Below, one piece after another: positions 26,905 to 36,191 of a DNA stretch of 64,000 bases. A model generated the notes under the pieces. It was not told where the DNA came from. It ran no database searches and worked only from the letters and a program-made list of their open reading frames with translations. The position numbers and the translations under genes were made by a program. The stretch's first letter is position 1. Every line of letters begins with the position of its first letter. The DNA is from a virus. The stretch lies in IMG/VR virus record IMGVR_UViG_3300002225_000002, one strand, 5' to 3'.

Positions 26905-27753
26905 TTACACCGCCATCTTTGGCTTATTTTTTATATCTGGCTGTGGCGCATAGTCCTTCAGCTCAATATCATTATACTCCATAGACAGCAAATCGTCAAT
27001 CGTTTTCAGATCTTTTTTGATTATTAGAGTAGGCATGGCGTCAGGTGTGCGCTGTAACATCTCATCCACCATAGGCATCTGCTCTTCATAGATATGAACG
27101 TCATTACCGAAGTAAACCAAGTCACCAGCTTCCAATCCTAATAGCTTAGCAATCGCCATGTTAAGAAGTGCATAGCCCATCATATTAAATGGGAGACCAA
27201 ACGGAACGTCTGTGCTTCTCATCATGAATGTGGAGTGCAATTTGCCTTCTGCAATATAGTATTGATTATATACGTGACATGGAGGCAGTGGAGTGCCGTC
27301 TAACTGCTTTGGATTCCAACCCGACACAATGTGCCTTCTTGAGTTAGGATCGTTCTTAAGGCCTTCTACAAGCTCTGTGATCTGGTCTATGCCGTCATCA
27401 CCGCCTATAGCGCCACCAAAGTTTCTCCACTGATGAGAATAGCCTGTTCCTAAGCTGCCAACTGGCAAATCAGTAAGGCCTTTATCATCTAAAAACTCAC
27501 GCGTGGTGTTTCCTTCCCAAATGGGAATGTTTTTGTCTGCTAAGATGGTAGTGTCTGTGCTACCACTAAGGAAGAACCATGTTTCCTCAAAAGCGAAACG
27601 TAGGGGTACTCTTCTAGTAGTTAATGCGGGGAATCCTTCTGAAAGATCCCATCTAAGGGATCTGCCAAATACGGATGTGGTTTTACCTGATCTACTTCCT
27701 TTGACAACTCCATTGTCCTTAATATCTTGCAATAATTCAAGATAATTCTTCAT
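26905..27753 (-). CDS. thyA: Thymidylate synthase
   Basis: YGHQWR-like YSHQWR, DPNSRRHIV, LPPCH, RSTDVPFGLPFN, GNDVHIYE; start moved to MKNYLE. Confidence 0.95.
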   Translation of the reverse strand: MKNYLELLQDIKDNGVVKGSRSGKTTSVFGRSLRWDLSEGFPALTTRRVPLRFAFEETWFFLSGSTDTTILADKNIPIWEGNTTREFLDDKGLTDLPVGSLGTGYSHQWRNFGGAIGGDDGIDQITELVEGLKNDPNSRRHIVSGWNPKQLDGTPLPPCHVYNQYYIAEGKLHSTFMMRSTDVPFGLPFNMMGYALLNMAIAKLLGLEAGDLVYFGNDVHIYEEQMPMVDEMLQRTPDAMPTLIIKKDLKTIDDLLSMEYNDIELKDYAPQPDIKNKPKMAV

Positions 27754-28283
27754 AAAAGACTTCCTTTCTCTCGTCTGTGAAATGCATGATTTCCTATCCT
27801 GCATTTTAATGTGTAGTGTTTAGCCCACCGAGGTGAAGCTAAAGTAGGATTATAATAAAAGTTAGCACCTTCGCACTCGCTTTTATAGTCACCGTTTATT
27901 ACTCTCAACGCCACCATAGACGCCGTCATAAAGTTTCTGTAATCTATGATCATGAACTTGCCTTTCTTAACAAATTCAATATCATCTGGCTTGCCATCGC
28001 AAAACCAAGAAAACGAACAGCGATATAACTTTGGTCTACCCAAAGAATCACGGTTCGTTTGTAATACCACTCCGCATATAGTACTAGGGAATCTTTTATC
28101 CCTAACACGTTCCATAGTAGCGTGAGCTACTTCTATCTGACCTGCAATAGATTCGGATCTAGCTTCGTGGTAAATATTTATAGCCATGCAGTACGCTTGT
28201 TCTTGATCTATTTGTCCATCATTTAACGAGAACAACATCATCAAGTGCATCAATAGTGCTTTGGCAGTGGGTAAGCTTACCAT
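27750..28283 (-). CDS. SleB/Hydrolase_2-family cell wall hydrolase
   Basis: CMAINIYHEARSE, VAHATMERV, FPSTICGVV, FSWFCDG, ANFYYNP, IGNHAFH; N-terminal hydrophobic segment. Confidence 0.88.
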   Translation of the reverse strand: MVSLPTAKALLMHLMMLFSLNDGQIDQEQAYCMAINIYHEARSESIAGQIEVAHATMERVRDKRFPSTICGVVLQTNRDSLGRPKLYRCSFSWFCDGKPDDIEFVKKGKFMIIDYRNFMTASMVALRVINGDYKSECEGANFYYNPTLASPRWAKHYTLKCRIGNHAFHRREKGSLL

Positions 28284-28470
28284 CTTTTACATACCTTCCA
28301 ATAGTCATTTCAACGATCAAAGGACAGTATTTGTCATTCAATCCCATCCGTAGTTTTATTAGTTCGTTCTCTCTCTTACCGCAAGGGTAGGTAGAAACAT
28401 TACTGACGAAAGAATCAAGTATATCACATAATTCGCTCATAATCACCTCAAAATGAAATAAATCTATCAA
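28219..28470 (-). CDS. Hypothetical protein (likely start MSELC)
   Basis: GAGG upstream of the internal ATG. Confidence 0.4.
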   Translation of the reverse strand: MIDLFHFEVIMSELCDILDSFVSNVSTYPCGKRENELIKLRMGLNDKYCPLIVEMTIGRYVKDGKLTHCQSTIDALDDVVLVK

Positions 28471-29215
28471 AAGTTAACCCGATGTCGTATACAAACTTAA
28501 GACTAGTGACTGTTAATGTCCCGTCGTCTCTCTTTCCACATCCGGTATCTGTAAAAATGGCTAACCCGCCTAATGCACCACCGTACATTTCTGGCCTACC
28601 ATCAAAAGTCTTGCCCATAGGCGCTCTGTCGTGCCCCACAATCGCTTTGTGGCCCTTTGGGATATCATCTATCCAATCGTATAACCTCACAGGGAATCCC
28701 CTGTCATCACGCCTACCGTTGGTGCTACCGTACAATAGAGTATGAGTCTCTTTCTTAGTGAGATCTACATCTGTGTATACGTTAGGAACGATGGCAGCAT
28801 GAACAAATGCCCATTCCATGTATATCGCATGGACTGATGTGTTTTTATGCTCACATACATATTTGTACGTGTCCATGAAGTCTTGTTCTGAACCAAGAGG
28901 TATATCAAAAATTGTAGAAACCATATAGTCGGTAAAGATTACTTTGTTTCCCAAGATAGCCCTGTGCCATTTATAATCGTGGTTTCCCATGATAAAAGTT
29001 GCCATGCCGCTGTCTAAAAGAGACTTTACTTCTTTAACTGTTTCATATGGCTTATCACCACCATCAACCAAATCCCCTAAGAAGACTATATGAAGGTAGT
29101 GACTTTTTGCATATTCAACCGCCCCCATCATCTTGTCATATTCTCCATGAATATCACTGATGACTAAGAACCCTTCCATATGATCTAGGATTACTTTACT
29201 CATGTCCATGGTCAC
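28448..29215 (-). CDS. Second calcineurin-like metallophosphoesterase
   Basis: SDIHG, GDLVDGG, GNHD, VHAA, VGHD, DTGCG. Confidence 0.85.
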   Translation of the reverse strand: MTMDMSKVILDHMEGFLVISDIHGEYDKMMGAVEYAKSHYLHIVFLGDLVDGGDKPYETVKEVKSLLDSGMATFIMGNHDYKWHRAILGNKVIFTDYMVSTIFDIPLGSEQDFMDTYKYVCEHKNTSVHAIYMEWAFVHAAIVPNVYTDVDLTKKETHTLLYGSTNGRRDDRGFPVRLYDWIDDIPKGHKAIVGHDRAPMGKTFDGRPEMYGGALGGLAIFTDTGCGKRDDGTLTVTSLKFVYDIGLTFDRFISF

Positions 29216-29265
29216 GTTACCTCGTGTATAACCATATTGAGCACAGCAATCAATGTTACTGTGCG

Positions 29266-29490
29266 TTATTTGTCATTCTTTTTAGAAATGAAGTCGTTAA
29301 ACTTAGTAGCTGTTTCAATAACTTTGTCAGGATCAATTTCTTCACCCTTTCCAGTACTATTGACGTTATGTAGTTCCATTGCCAATTTCAAAACATCTGT
29401 TCTGATCTCGTATGCACTTTTACCACCACCGCCACTACGCTTTCTTTCATTGTAGTTGCTGTTATTACTTCCTGTATTACCGTACGACAT
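29266..29490 (-). CDS. Small hypothetical protein, 74 aa
   Basis: SD GAGAGG; AYEIRTDVLKLA...VIETATKFNDFIS helical pattern. Confidence 0.6.
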   Translation of the reverse strand: MSYGNTGSNNSNYNERKRSGGGGKSAYEIRTDVLKLAMELHNVNSTGKGEEIDPDKVIETATKFNDFISKKNDK

Positions 29491-29517
29491 TATAGTACCT
29501 CTCTAACTAATTGTCAA
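29489..29517 (-). promoter_or_regulatory. Consensus sigma70 promoter whose -10 overlaps the ATG of the 74-aa ORF
   Basis: TTGACA-N17-TATAAT, both hexamers perfect. Confidence 0.55.
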
Positions 29518-29523
29518 GTCGTT

Positions 29524-30345
29524 TTATAGTTCTTCCCATAAGGACGTCACATAATTATATCTTACTTTACCAACACCATCTTCTAACCTACCGATGTCAT
29601 TGTTCTCTTCTGTCAACCCTTCATAAGCGATAGTCTCAAATGGACCTGTCCTTAATGACGTAGGGTCTTCAATTTCTGTTACTGTTGAAACTCCATCCAC
29701 CGGAATATTATATTCCAATCTTTGCTTGCTAAAATACGTAGTGATACTGGACGGTTCAAATCCACCGACACCATCAATATTTCTAGTGTAGTTTTCTAGC
29801 TCATCAACATTGGGCAACCTTACAAATGAGCTGGCACTTAACGCTGTAGTAGAGGCATTCATCGCATTTACGTATGTTGTTACAGTTGTTCCAACTGTAG
29901 CGGGTAGCACAGGAGGTATAGTAACTGTCAATTCATAATGACTTCCGTATAAAGTTTCTTGGGAACCATTACTATCATCGTATGTAGTGAACTTAGCTCT
30001 TGGCTTGTTAGCGGCACCGGCTGACGTAATCTTCATATTATTATAATTAGTTGTATCAACATAAGACGTGCCATTATGATACTGCCATGTCATACTTACA
30101 TAAGGTCTCTTTCCAGTGTCTACTGATCTATAAACAAATCCAGATACTGTTTCTCTACTCTTCTGTCTTATAACATATGGGGACACGCAATCTTCTTCAC
30201 TGGGAAGAAAACAAGGCGGTTTATAAGGTTGGGTTGGATCAATGGGTAGACACCCATTTTCATCACGTAATTCTTCTTCAGGCTGAGTAGTGGATTCTAC
30301 GGCATCGCCTAAAACCCACTCGCCATTTTCATTCAAATAAGCCAT
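29524..30345 (-). CDS. Probable virion protein (start MAYLNENG)
   Basis: T/S/Y-rich; immediately downstream of PAAR. Confidence 0.45.
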   Translation of the reverse strand: MAYLNENGEWVLGDAVESTTQPEEELRDENGCLPIDPTQPYKPPCFLPSEEDCVSPYVIRQKSRETVSGFVYRSVDTGKRPYVSMTWQYHNGTSYVDTTNYNNMKITSAGAANKPRAKFTTYDDSNGSQETLYGSHYELTVTIPPVLPATVGTTVTTYVNAMNASTTALSASSFVRLPNVDELENYTRNIDGVGGFEPSSITTYFSKQRLEYNIPVDGVSTVTEIEDPTSLRTGPFETIAYEGLTEENNDIGRLEDGVGKVRYNYVTSLWEEL

Positions 30346-30347
30346 AA

Positions 30348-30641
30348 TTATCCCGCGAATACATTCCCAGAACCCACAGCTATGGTAGAACCACAACTAA
30401 TGAGATCACCTAGTCTTGAAATAGGCATACCGTTTACAAAAACTGTTGCCGATCCGACAGCGGTGGTGGCTGCATGCGGAGGTGAACCTGGGCAAGCATG
30501 TGGTGCCCAAGCATCGCCGACTCTATGTACCGGAATCCCATTAACAAATACATTACCCGAACCTTGTATACTAGCTCTTGGAGGAGCTTTACATGGGTCT
30601 GGAGTAGATAGATCTCCTAATCTGGATACCGGAATAGTCAT
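30348..30641 (-). CDS. PAAR-repeat spike-tip protein (T4 gp5.4-like)
   Basis: VSRLGD, VFVNGIPVHRVGDAWAPHAC, VFVNGMPISRLGD, GSGNVFAG. Confidence 0.92.
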   Translation of the reverse strand: MTIPVSRLGDLSTPDPCKAPPRASIQGSGNVFVNGIPVHRVGDAWAPHACPGSPPHAATTAVGSATVFVNGMPISRLGDLISCGSTIAVGSGNVFAG

Positions 30642-30976
30642 TATGAAATTATCTTCTTCTCTGGCGGCATAAAGATGCCAGCTTTTTCTTCCTCAACTTC
30701 ACCATGAAGTGGAGAGTATTGGTTTAAGAAATCTTCTCTTAACGGATAGGCAATCATAATTTTATTCTTATGAACGAAAAACGAGTCATCGCTCACCATT
30801 GAAGGCCAAGCCATAAACGCTGCTCCTTCGTGCGATGTTACCAAAGAGTGAGGTAGAATTAATTCTACTTGGTCACCTAATATTTTTCCGATCTTTGCCA
30901 TAACGTCTTCACCAGAAACAAATTTAACTCCGATGATCGCGCCTTCTTCTATAAGTGTAGTTTTTTCTTTAATCAT
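30641..30976 (-). CDS. Hypothetical protein, 111 aa
   Basis: GVKFVSGEDVMAK small beta-domain; SD AAGGA. Confidence 0.6.
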   Translation of the reverse strand: MIKEKTTLIEEGAIIGVKFVSGEDVMAKIGKILGDQVELILPHSLVTSHEGAAFMAWPSMVSDDSFFVHKNKIMIAYPLREDFLNQYSPLHGEVEEEKAGIFMPPEKKIIS

Positions 30977-31027
30977 TTGTATTTATCCTTTTTGTATGTG
31001 TATAATTATTTGTGTAGCTGGACTAGA

Positions 31028-31135
31028 TTATCTAGCCCTGCGCTTTCTCTTTAGCTTCTTCAGTAACATCTCTGCTTCGGCGGTGGCCATATCCCCTACC
31101 TCCACAAAGATCACCTTACCCCTACGAGTAATCAT
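31028..31135 (-). CDS. 35-aa peptide resembling the T4-type portal clip motif (not in ORF track)
   Basis: ATG overlaps the nrdA TGA (ATGA) after GAAGG; MITRRGKVIFVEVGDMATAEAEMLLKKLKRKRRAR. Confidence 0.45.
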   Translation of the reverse strand: MITRRGKVIFVEVGDMATAEAEMLLKKLKRKRRAR

Positions 31136-32883
31136 CCTTCACATGCTGCACAATCACTATCTTTAGCGGCATCAACACCGGCCATTGTTCTCAAGTAGTA
31201 CAAACCTTTCAGTCTGTCATCCATGAAGAACTCTCTGTGTACTTCCGCAATGTAAGATTCATCTTCATCTGCAGAGAAGAACAAGTTAAGAGATTGCCCT
31301 TGGTCAATCCATTGCTGTCTAGTTGAAGCTAAACGTAGTAATAGACGTTGATCGATTTCGAATGCAGTTTTAAATACATTCTTTTCGTTTTCAGTCAACC
31401 AATCTAAGTGCTGTACTGATCCCAATCTATCAATGATAGAACGGATAGTTGTCTTATTGTACTTACCGCGCTCTTTAGCAATCTTCAAGAACTCTGGATT
31501 GATACGTTGCATTTCACCAGCAGTCGTAGCCTGAGTGTAAACGTTAGCAATGATTGGTTCTATACCCTGAGATACTTGACCAGCCATTACAGCAGAACTC
31601 ATGTTAGGTGCTATTGCCATGCGATGTGTATTACGTACGCCGTAACCTTTACACCATTCTGGTTCGCCCCATTCACCCGCCATCCACTGTGAAGCTGCTA
31701 GAGATTCATCGTGCATGTGCTTGAACATTGTATTGTTGATCTGATGAGCTTCAAAGCTATCCATAGCAACCATATTCTTCTGTAAGTAAGAATGGAATCC
31801 TAGTAGTCCTAAACCTAAAGCGCGTGACTTTTCGGTGAAGCGTACAGATTTTTCCAAACCTTCAATACCTTTTGCTCTCTCTAAGAAAGCTTGAGCATTA
31901 CAATCAAGTAATACTGTTGATGCAAAGACAGCACCAGTATCTTTCCAACGGTCATAGTGATAACCATTCATGGAAGAAAGTACGCACGTATAAGTATGTT
32001 CATCATCGGCGTGCAATGTAATTTCAGTACATAGGTTAGAAGCTTTATTGGCCAAACCTTTGTCTTTATACATCTGCGGCTGTTGATCATTTACGTGATC
32101 TACTTTCCAAAAGTAACCTTTACCAGATTGACACTTAATCCATAAAGCTTTCTTGAAACGACGAATCATTTCTGGATCTTTATCAACCCATTTCTGGATT
32201 ACTTCTTTAGTTACAACCCAACCGATATTAATACCTTCTGGATTTTTATGTAACATGTCTGCCCATTCATCAAAATCATCATGATCGATTTCTATGTATC
32301 CTGCCCATGCGCCACGACGTACTGCGCCTTGACTAACATCTTTACTTAGTTGTACAAAGTCACGTAGTACTGGGTATGTACCTGATGCTGTGCCACCGCC
32401 AGCGAATGTAAAACCGCGAGGTCTAATATCACCTAAGTATGCACTTGTACCGAATCCTTCTTTAGTCAACAGAGCAGTCTCATGTTGAGCTTTATAGAAC
32501 CCACCGATAGAGTCAGGGATTACTCCGCCTGAACAACTAACTGTACAGCCTCTATCAGTTCCGCCATTGGCGATTAATGGAGAAGACGGTGCTAAATCAC
32601 CATCCTTGAACAATGCGATGAAAACGTCTTTCCAGTTGTCACCGTAGTTAGCTCTAAGAAGATCTCCGTGTTTGTGTCCTTTCTCTGGGAAGGAAGGTGC
32701 GTGCTTAGCTAAGTCTTCAGCAACTCTAACTACTTGAGGAATATATCCATCGCAGTCATACATTACTTTCTCTTTGAAAAGCTGCCATCCGCCTGTGGTA
32801 AACCATTCTGGTAATTTACCTTCGTCCTGTAATTTCTTTCTCTCTTCTGAAAGAATTTCGTATATGTTATCTTCCTTGGCCAT
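31132..32883 (-). CDS. nrdA: Class I ribonucleotide reductase alpha subunit, short form
   Basis: SNLCTEI, GLGLLG, IAPNMSS, SQGIEP, DQGQSLNL, GLYY, C-terminal CAAC. Confidence 0.95.
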   Translation of the reverse strand: MAKEDNIYEILSEERKKLQDEGKLPEWFTTGGWQLFKEKVMYDCDGYIPQVVRVAEDLAKHAPSFPEKGHKHGDLLRANYGDNWKDVFIALFKDGDLAPSSPLIANGGTDRGCTVSCSGGVIPDSIGGFYKAQHETALLTKEGFGTSAYLGDIRPRGFTFAGGGTASGTYPVLRDFVQLSKDVSQGAVRRGAWAGYIEIDHDDFDEWADMLHKNPEGINIGWVVTKEVIQKWVDKDPEMIRRFKKALWIKCQSGKGYFWKVDHVNDQQPQMYKDKGLANKASNLCTEITLHADDEHTYTCVLSSMNGYHYDRWKDTGAVFASTVLLDCNAQAFLERAKGIEGLEKSVRFTEKSRALGLGLLGFHSYLQKNMVAMDSFEAHQINNTMFKHMHDESLAASQWMAGEWGEPEWCKGYGVRNTHRMAIAPNMSSAVMAGQVSQGIEPIIANVYTQATTAGEMQRINPEFLKIAKERGKYNKTTIRSIIDRLGSVQHLDWLTENEKNVFKTAFEIDQRLLLRLASTRQQWIDQGQSLNLFFSADEDESYIAEVHREFFMDDRLKGLYYLRTMAGVDAAKDSDCAACEG

Positions 32884-32886
32884 GCT

Positions 32887-33879
32887 TTAATCCCATGCGT
32901 CAAATTTGTCTTGGTTCCAACTTCTGTTGTATTCTGAACCTGTAGTGTCGAAAAAATCATGCAGTTTAACCGCGTTGATATTATCGTAGAACCATTCTGC
33001 AATAGGGTTATAGGACACTTTGAATAACGCAGGGTAACCTAAGTTTTTCAAGCACATATTAATTCTACTTTCTACAAAATGCTTCAGCTGTGTGGATGTG
33101 ATACCTGGAATATTACCTTTCTCAAATAACATCTCAATGATCTTACATTCGTGCTCATATACCGTAGTGGCAAATTCATAAACTTCATCACGTAAAGATT
33201 CTTGTTCTTCTGAACTAAGTTGTCCAGCTTCTTCAAGTTCTTTTTTGTGTGTTCTAAATAACCATGCTCCGCCTTCTGAGTGAAGGTTCTCATCTCTAAC
33301 AGAAAAGTTAATTCCTGAGATAAGATTCTTAAACATATTTTTACCGCCAACTCTGTAGTGCTTTAAAAAAGCAAAGGCAGAATATAAAATCGCACCTTCT
33401 ACAATAGAGAATGCACCAACTGACAATAGGTCATTCTTAGATGAAACAACTGAATCGATATGCTTCATACGTGCGGTTAATGTTTCGTCTTCTAGGTAAC
33501 TGTTATAGAACTCTTCAGTGTCTAAGTTAAGTACCTTGTTCAATTCGTTATAGAACGGCGCGTGCATATTTAATTCTGCATTAGCAAATGAATTCGCCAT
33601 ACGTTGTATGCATACTCTAGGGTAACGTTTTGCAATTCTATTGCCCCAGTATTCGTTGCCTGCCACTAATTCATATTTGGTGAATAGCTTTAGGACTGTA
33701 GTAACAGCGTGTCGATCACTTTCCGTTGCTCCGGTTAAGAATTCCTGTATGTCACCTTCTACTGGGATCTCCAATGGAGGCCACGCGATAGAAGATTGCA
33801 TCTCAGCAAAGTTAACTGCATCTGGATAGGTGACGATATACGCTGACTGTTTTTGTTGACATCTTGTCAATTTAGTCAT
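32887..33879 (-). CDS. nrdB: Class I ribonucleotide reductase beta subunit
   Basis: ELNMHAPFY, VEGAILYSAF, RDENLH diiron ligands. Confidence 0.93.
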   Translation of the reverse strand: MTKLTRCQQKQSAYIVTYPDAVNFAEMQSSIAWPPLEIPVEGDIQEFLTGATESDRHAVTTVLKLFTKYELVAGNEYWGNRIAKRYPRVCIQRMANSFANAELNMHAPFYNELNKVLNLDTEEFYNSYLEDETLTARMKHIDSVVSSKNDLLSVGAFSIVEGAILYSAFAFLKHYRVGGKNMFKNLISGINFSVRDENLHSEGGAWLFRTHKKELEEAGQLSSEEQESLRDEVYEFATTVYEHECKIIEMLFEKGNIPGITSTQLKHFVESRINMCLKNLGYPALFKVSYNPIAEWFYDNINAVKLHDFFDTTGSEYNRSWNQDKFDAWD

Positions 33880-33902
33880 AACATCTCCTGATTAACTGTA
33901 TT

Positions 33903-34367
33903 TTATTTTTCTCTAAGATGAGGAGTGTCCTCATCGAATGTATGTATGAAGTTTATCGATGGTTGGTCGTCTTCCATGACTGGACTTCCAGTAATATAGT
34001 TCAAGGTACATGCGTCCCCTGATATATACGTTCTGTTTACTGCGACAACGAGAAACTCGTCACCCTTATCGTATGCCACTCTCATGGTCACATCGACGTC
34101 GTCATCTTCATAAGCTGCTACTAACGTATGGTAGATCATTATGGCTACCTTGTTTTCGCATAGCGAATTCTCATGTAGGATTTCCCATGGTGACATCCAA
34201 GTCTCCGGTTCGTATAATCTTACATTTTTTGATGTGTGTATGGGGACCGTTCCCCAAAATTTAGCGACTGCTTTCATCGCATCTTCGAAAGGGAGAGCAA
34301 CAATATCTACTCTATGTTGCTTCCATTCCCTTAACATTTCGATGTAGGTACAATTATTCCATTCCAT
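33903..34367 (-). CDS. Hypothetical protein (start MEWNN)
   Basis: Start overlaps the upstream stop. Confidence 0.55.
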   Translation of the reverse strand: MEWNNCTYIEMLREWKQHRVDIVALPFEDAMKAVAKFWGTVPIHTSKNVRLYEPETWMSPWEILHENSLCENKVAIMIYHTLVAAYEDDDVDVTMRVAYDKGDEFLVVAVNRTYISGDACTLNYITGSPVMEDDQPSINFIHTFDEDTPHLREK

Positions 34368-36154
34368 TAAGCTAACCATTCAGTAGATGCAAACTTTAAT
34401 TCCACGTCGTTAGGGAATGTATGCCAATACTGAAGGACTGCCTGTCCAGTAACCATAAAGGTTCTGAAATAAATGTTATTGCCGGACAACGCAGGAGCTT
34501 TAACTTCAGTACTTGACGTCGTTAAGTCAGTCACGCCATCGTACACAACGATGTTCATGAATCCGTTTCTTAAGAACGTATCACCAGAAGAATGCTTAGC
34601 GCTAAACTTCAGGAATATTGAATTAGAGTCTAATGGATCATAAGCTAATACAATCGTATTACCTGGATTATCCTTGTCGTCAATCTCTACATTAGTCCAT
34701 GTGTTAGCACCAGTTGCCACTAACTGTCCACTTTCTAAATCTTCAGTCGGTATGATAACTGATGGTGGCGCTGTTGGTAATGTAGAGTATTCTGTTAGTA
34801 CTTCTACGTTCTGGCTTGATTGAGCCAATGACGCTGAGCTACTATTAATCTCATTGATGATTGTAGTGGTAGCTGATGCCTGATTGGGCGTGTCCATTAC
34901 TAGGACAGCTTGTCCACTAGAATCTATAATTACTGCTTTGCCTTGTCCGCCTGCACCTAATAACTGCGACTGTGAATTAGCCACTGAGTCGATAAGCTTA
35001 GACAGAGGAAATGTAAGATCGTCTACGGCATTAAAAGCTGCGTTAGCATTAGTAATGTCTGTAGGTGTTGCAGTTGGCAAACCTAAGTCATATCTAAACT
35101 TATACATTACCTTAGATAAAGGATCTCTGATAGTAACTGATGGCGCTGATACGTATCCAGAACCAACACTAACGATTGTAAGGCCAGTAACAGTTCTCGT
35201 TACGTTATCCCATATAGCTTCAACTACCGCATTAACAACAGCACTACCACCATTAACATCTACAATAGGCTTAGTTCTATATTCGCCACCGCCACTGATT
35301 AAAGGAACACTAGTTAATTCCCCACCAGATATAGTAGTTGGGCCAGCAACTGCCGTCTTAGAGCTTAAATCAGGCCCTGTGACAGTGAACTTAGTATTAC
35401 CTGCGATAGCAGCGTAGCCAGTACCTCCAGACAATAAGTTAAAAGTAGTAACTTTACCTTGCCCGTCATCTAATACGGTAATAGAGAATGTAGCGTTTGT
35501 GCCAGCTCCGTTAGGAATCTCAACAATGTCACCATCAAAGTAACCAAGACCAGCGTCACTATCGACTAGTACGTCAGGTGCCGCGCTATATCCGGTGATA
35601 ACACCGCCGACTATAGAGGTTATGATGATTTTTGCTGTTCCTACCGCTGTGGATTCTGTAGTCGTCACTCTAACCATTTCTGGTTGTAGACCGGCAGGCA
35701 CAGAACTTGCAATGGCATTTTTGAATTGTGTTAGAACGAAAACATTATCTTCAACGTCTGCAATAACTGACGTGCCATTAATGAAATCTTCTGGAGACAT
35801 AGCCAAATAGTTTCTAATGAAGTCTTCTTCAGTTAAACTAGATCCGCCATTATCTACTGAGCCGGTAACAGTACCATTGAGGTATGACCATTTGCTCTGA
35901 CACTCAATCATCTCTTCATCTAAAAGTCTCTGCACTTCAACCTGATCGGTAACAGTGATAGAGGAACTAGACGTGGACGAATCCAAGCCAATGAAAAGCT
36001 CTTTAGTATCGATACACCAGCCCAGTTCTCCTGGTGCTAATGGTTGAGGAAGGTTAATCTTATAACCTCTCCTATTCTGAATTCTAGCAACTACTGTGTC
36101 GCCAGCTTGTATAACTCCGTTTGGAGTTGTCACTGAAAATGATGAACTAGTCAT
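34367..36154 (-). CDS. Virion structural protein with Mtd_N-like N-terminus and GxGY repeats, 595 aa
   Basis: RIQNRRG...LAPGELGWCIDTKELFIG; repeated GG.GY...P.V motifs; preceded by CATAAATA. Confidence 0.65.
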   Translation of the reverse strand: MTSSSFSVTTPNGVIQAGDTVVARIQNRRGYKINLPQPLAPGELGWCIDTKELFIGLDSSTSSSSITVTDQVEVQRLLDEEMIECQSKWSYLNGTVTGSVDNGGSSLTEEDFIRNYLAMSPEDFINGTSVIADVEDNVFVLTQFKNAIASSVPAGLQPEMVRVTTTESTAVGTAKIIITSIVGGVITGYSAAPDVLVDSDAGLGYFDGDIVEIPNGAGTNATFSITVLDDGQGKVTTFNLLSGGTGYAAIAGNTKFTVTGPDLSSKTAVAGPTTISGGELTSVPLISGGGEYRTKPIVDVNGGSAVVNAVVEAIWDNVTRTVTGLTIVSVGSGYVSAPSVTIRDPLSKVMYKFRYDLGLPTATPTDITNANAAFNAVDDLTFPLSKLIDSVANSQSQLLGAGGQGKAVIIDSSGQAVLVMDTPNQASATTTIINEINSSSASLAQSSQNVEVLTEYSTLPTAPPSVIIPTEDLESGQLVATGANTWTNVEIDDKDNPGNTIVLAYDPLDSNSIFLKFSAKHSSGDTFLRNGFMNIVVYDGVTDLTTSSTEVKAPALSGNNIYFRTFMVTGQAVLQYWHTFPNDVELKFASTEWLA

Positions 36155-36180
36155 GTCTAACTTCCCTGTTTCTTACCCTT

Positions 36181-36188
36181 TATTTATG
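36181..36188 (-). promoter_or_regulatory. Late-like promoter CATAAATA
   Basis: 26 nt upstream of ATG 36154, the same spacing as at 5489. Confidence 0.55.
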
Positions 36189-36191
36189 CTT

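Noticed and set aside
30980-30987. GATAAATA upstream of 30641-30976 as a late promoter
   Set aside because: Only 3 nt from the ATG and overlapping the SD AAGGA, so the transcript would start inside the gene.
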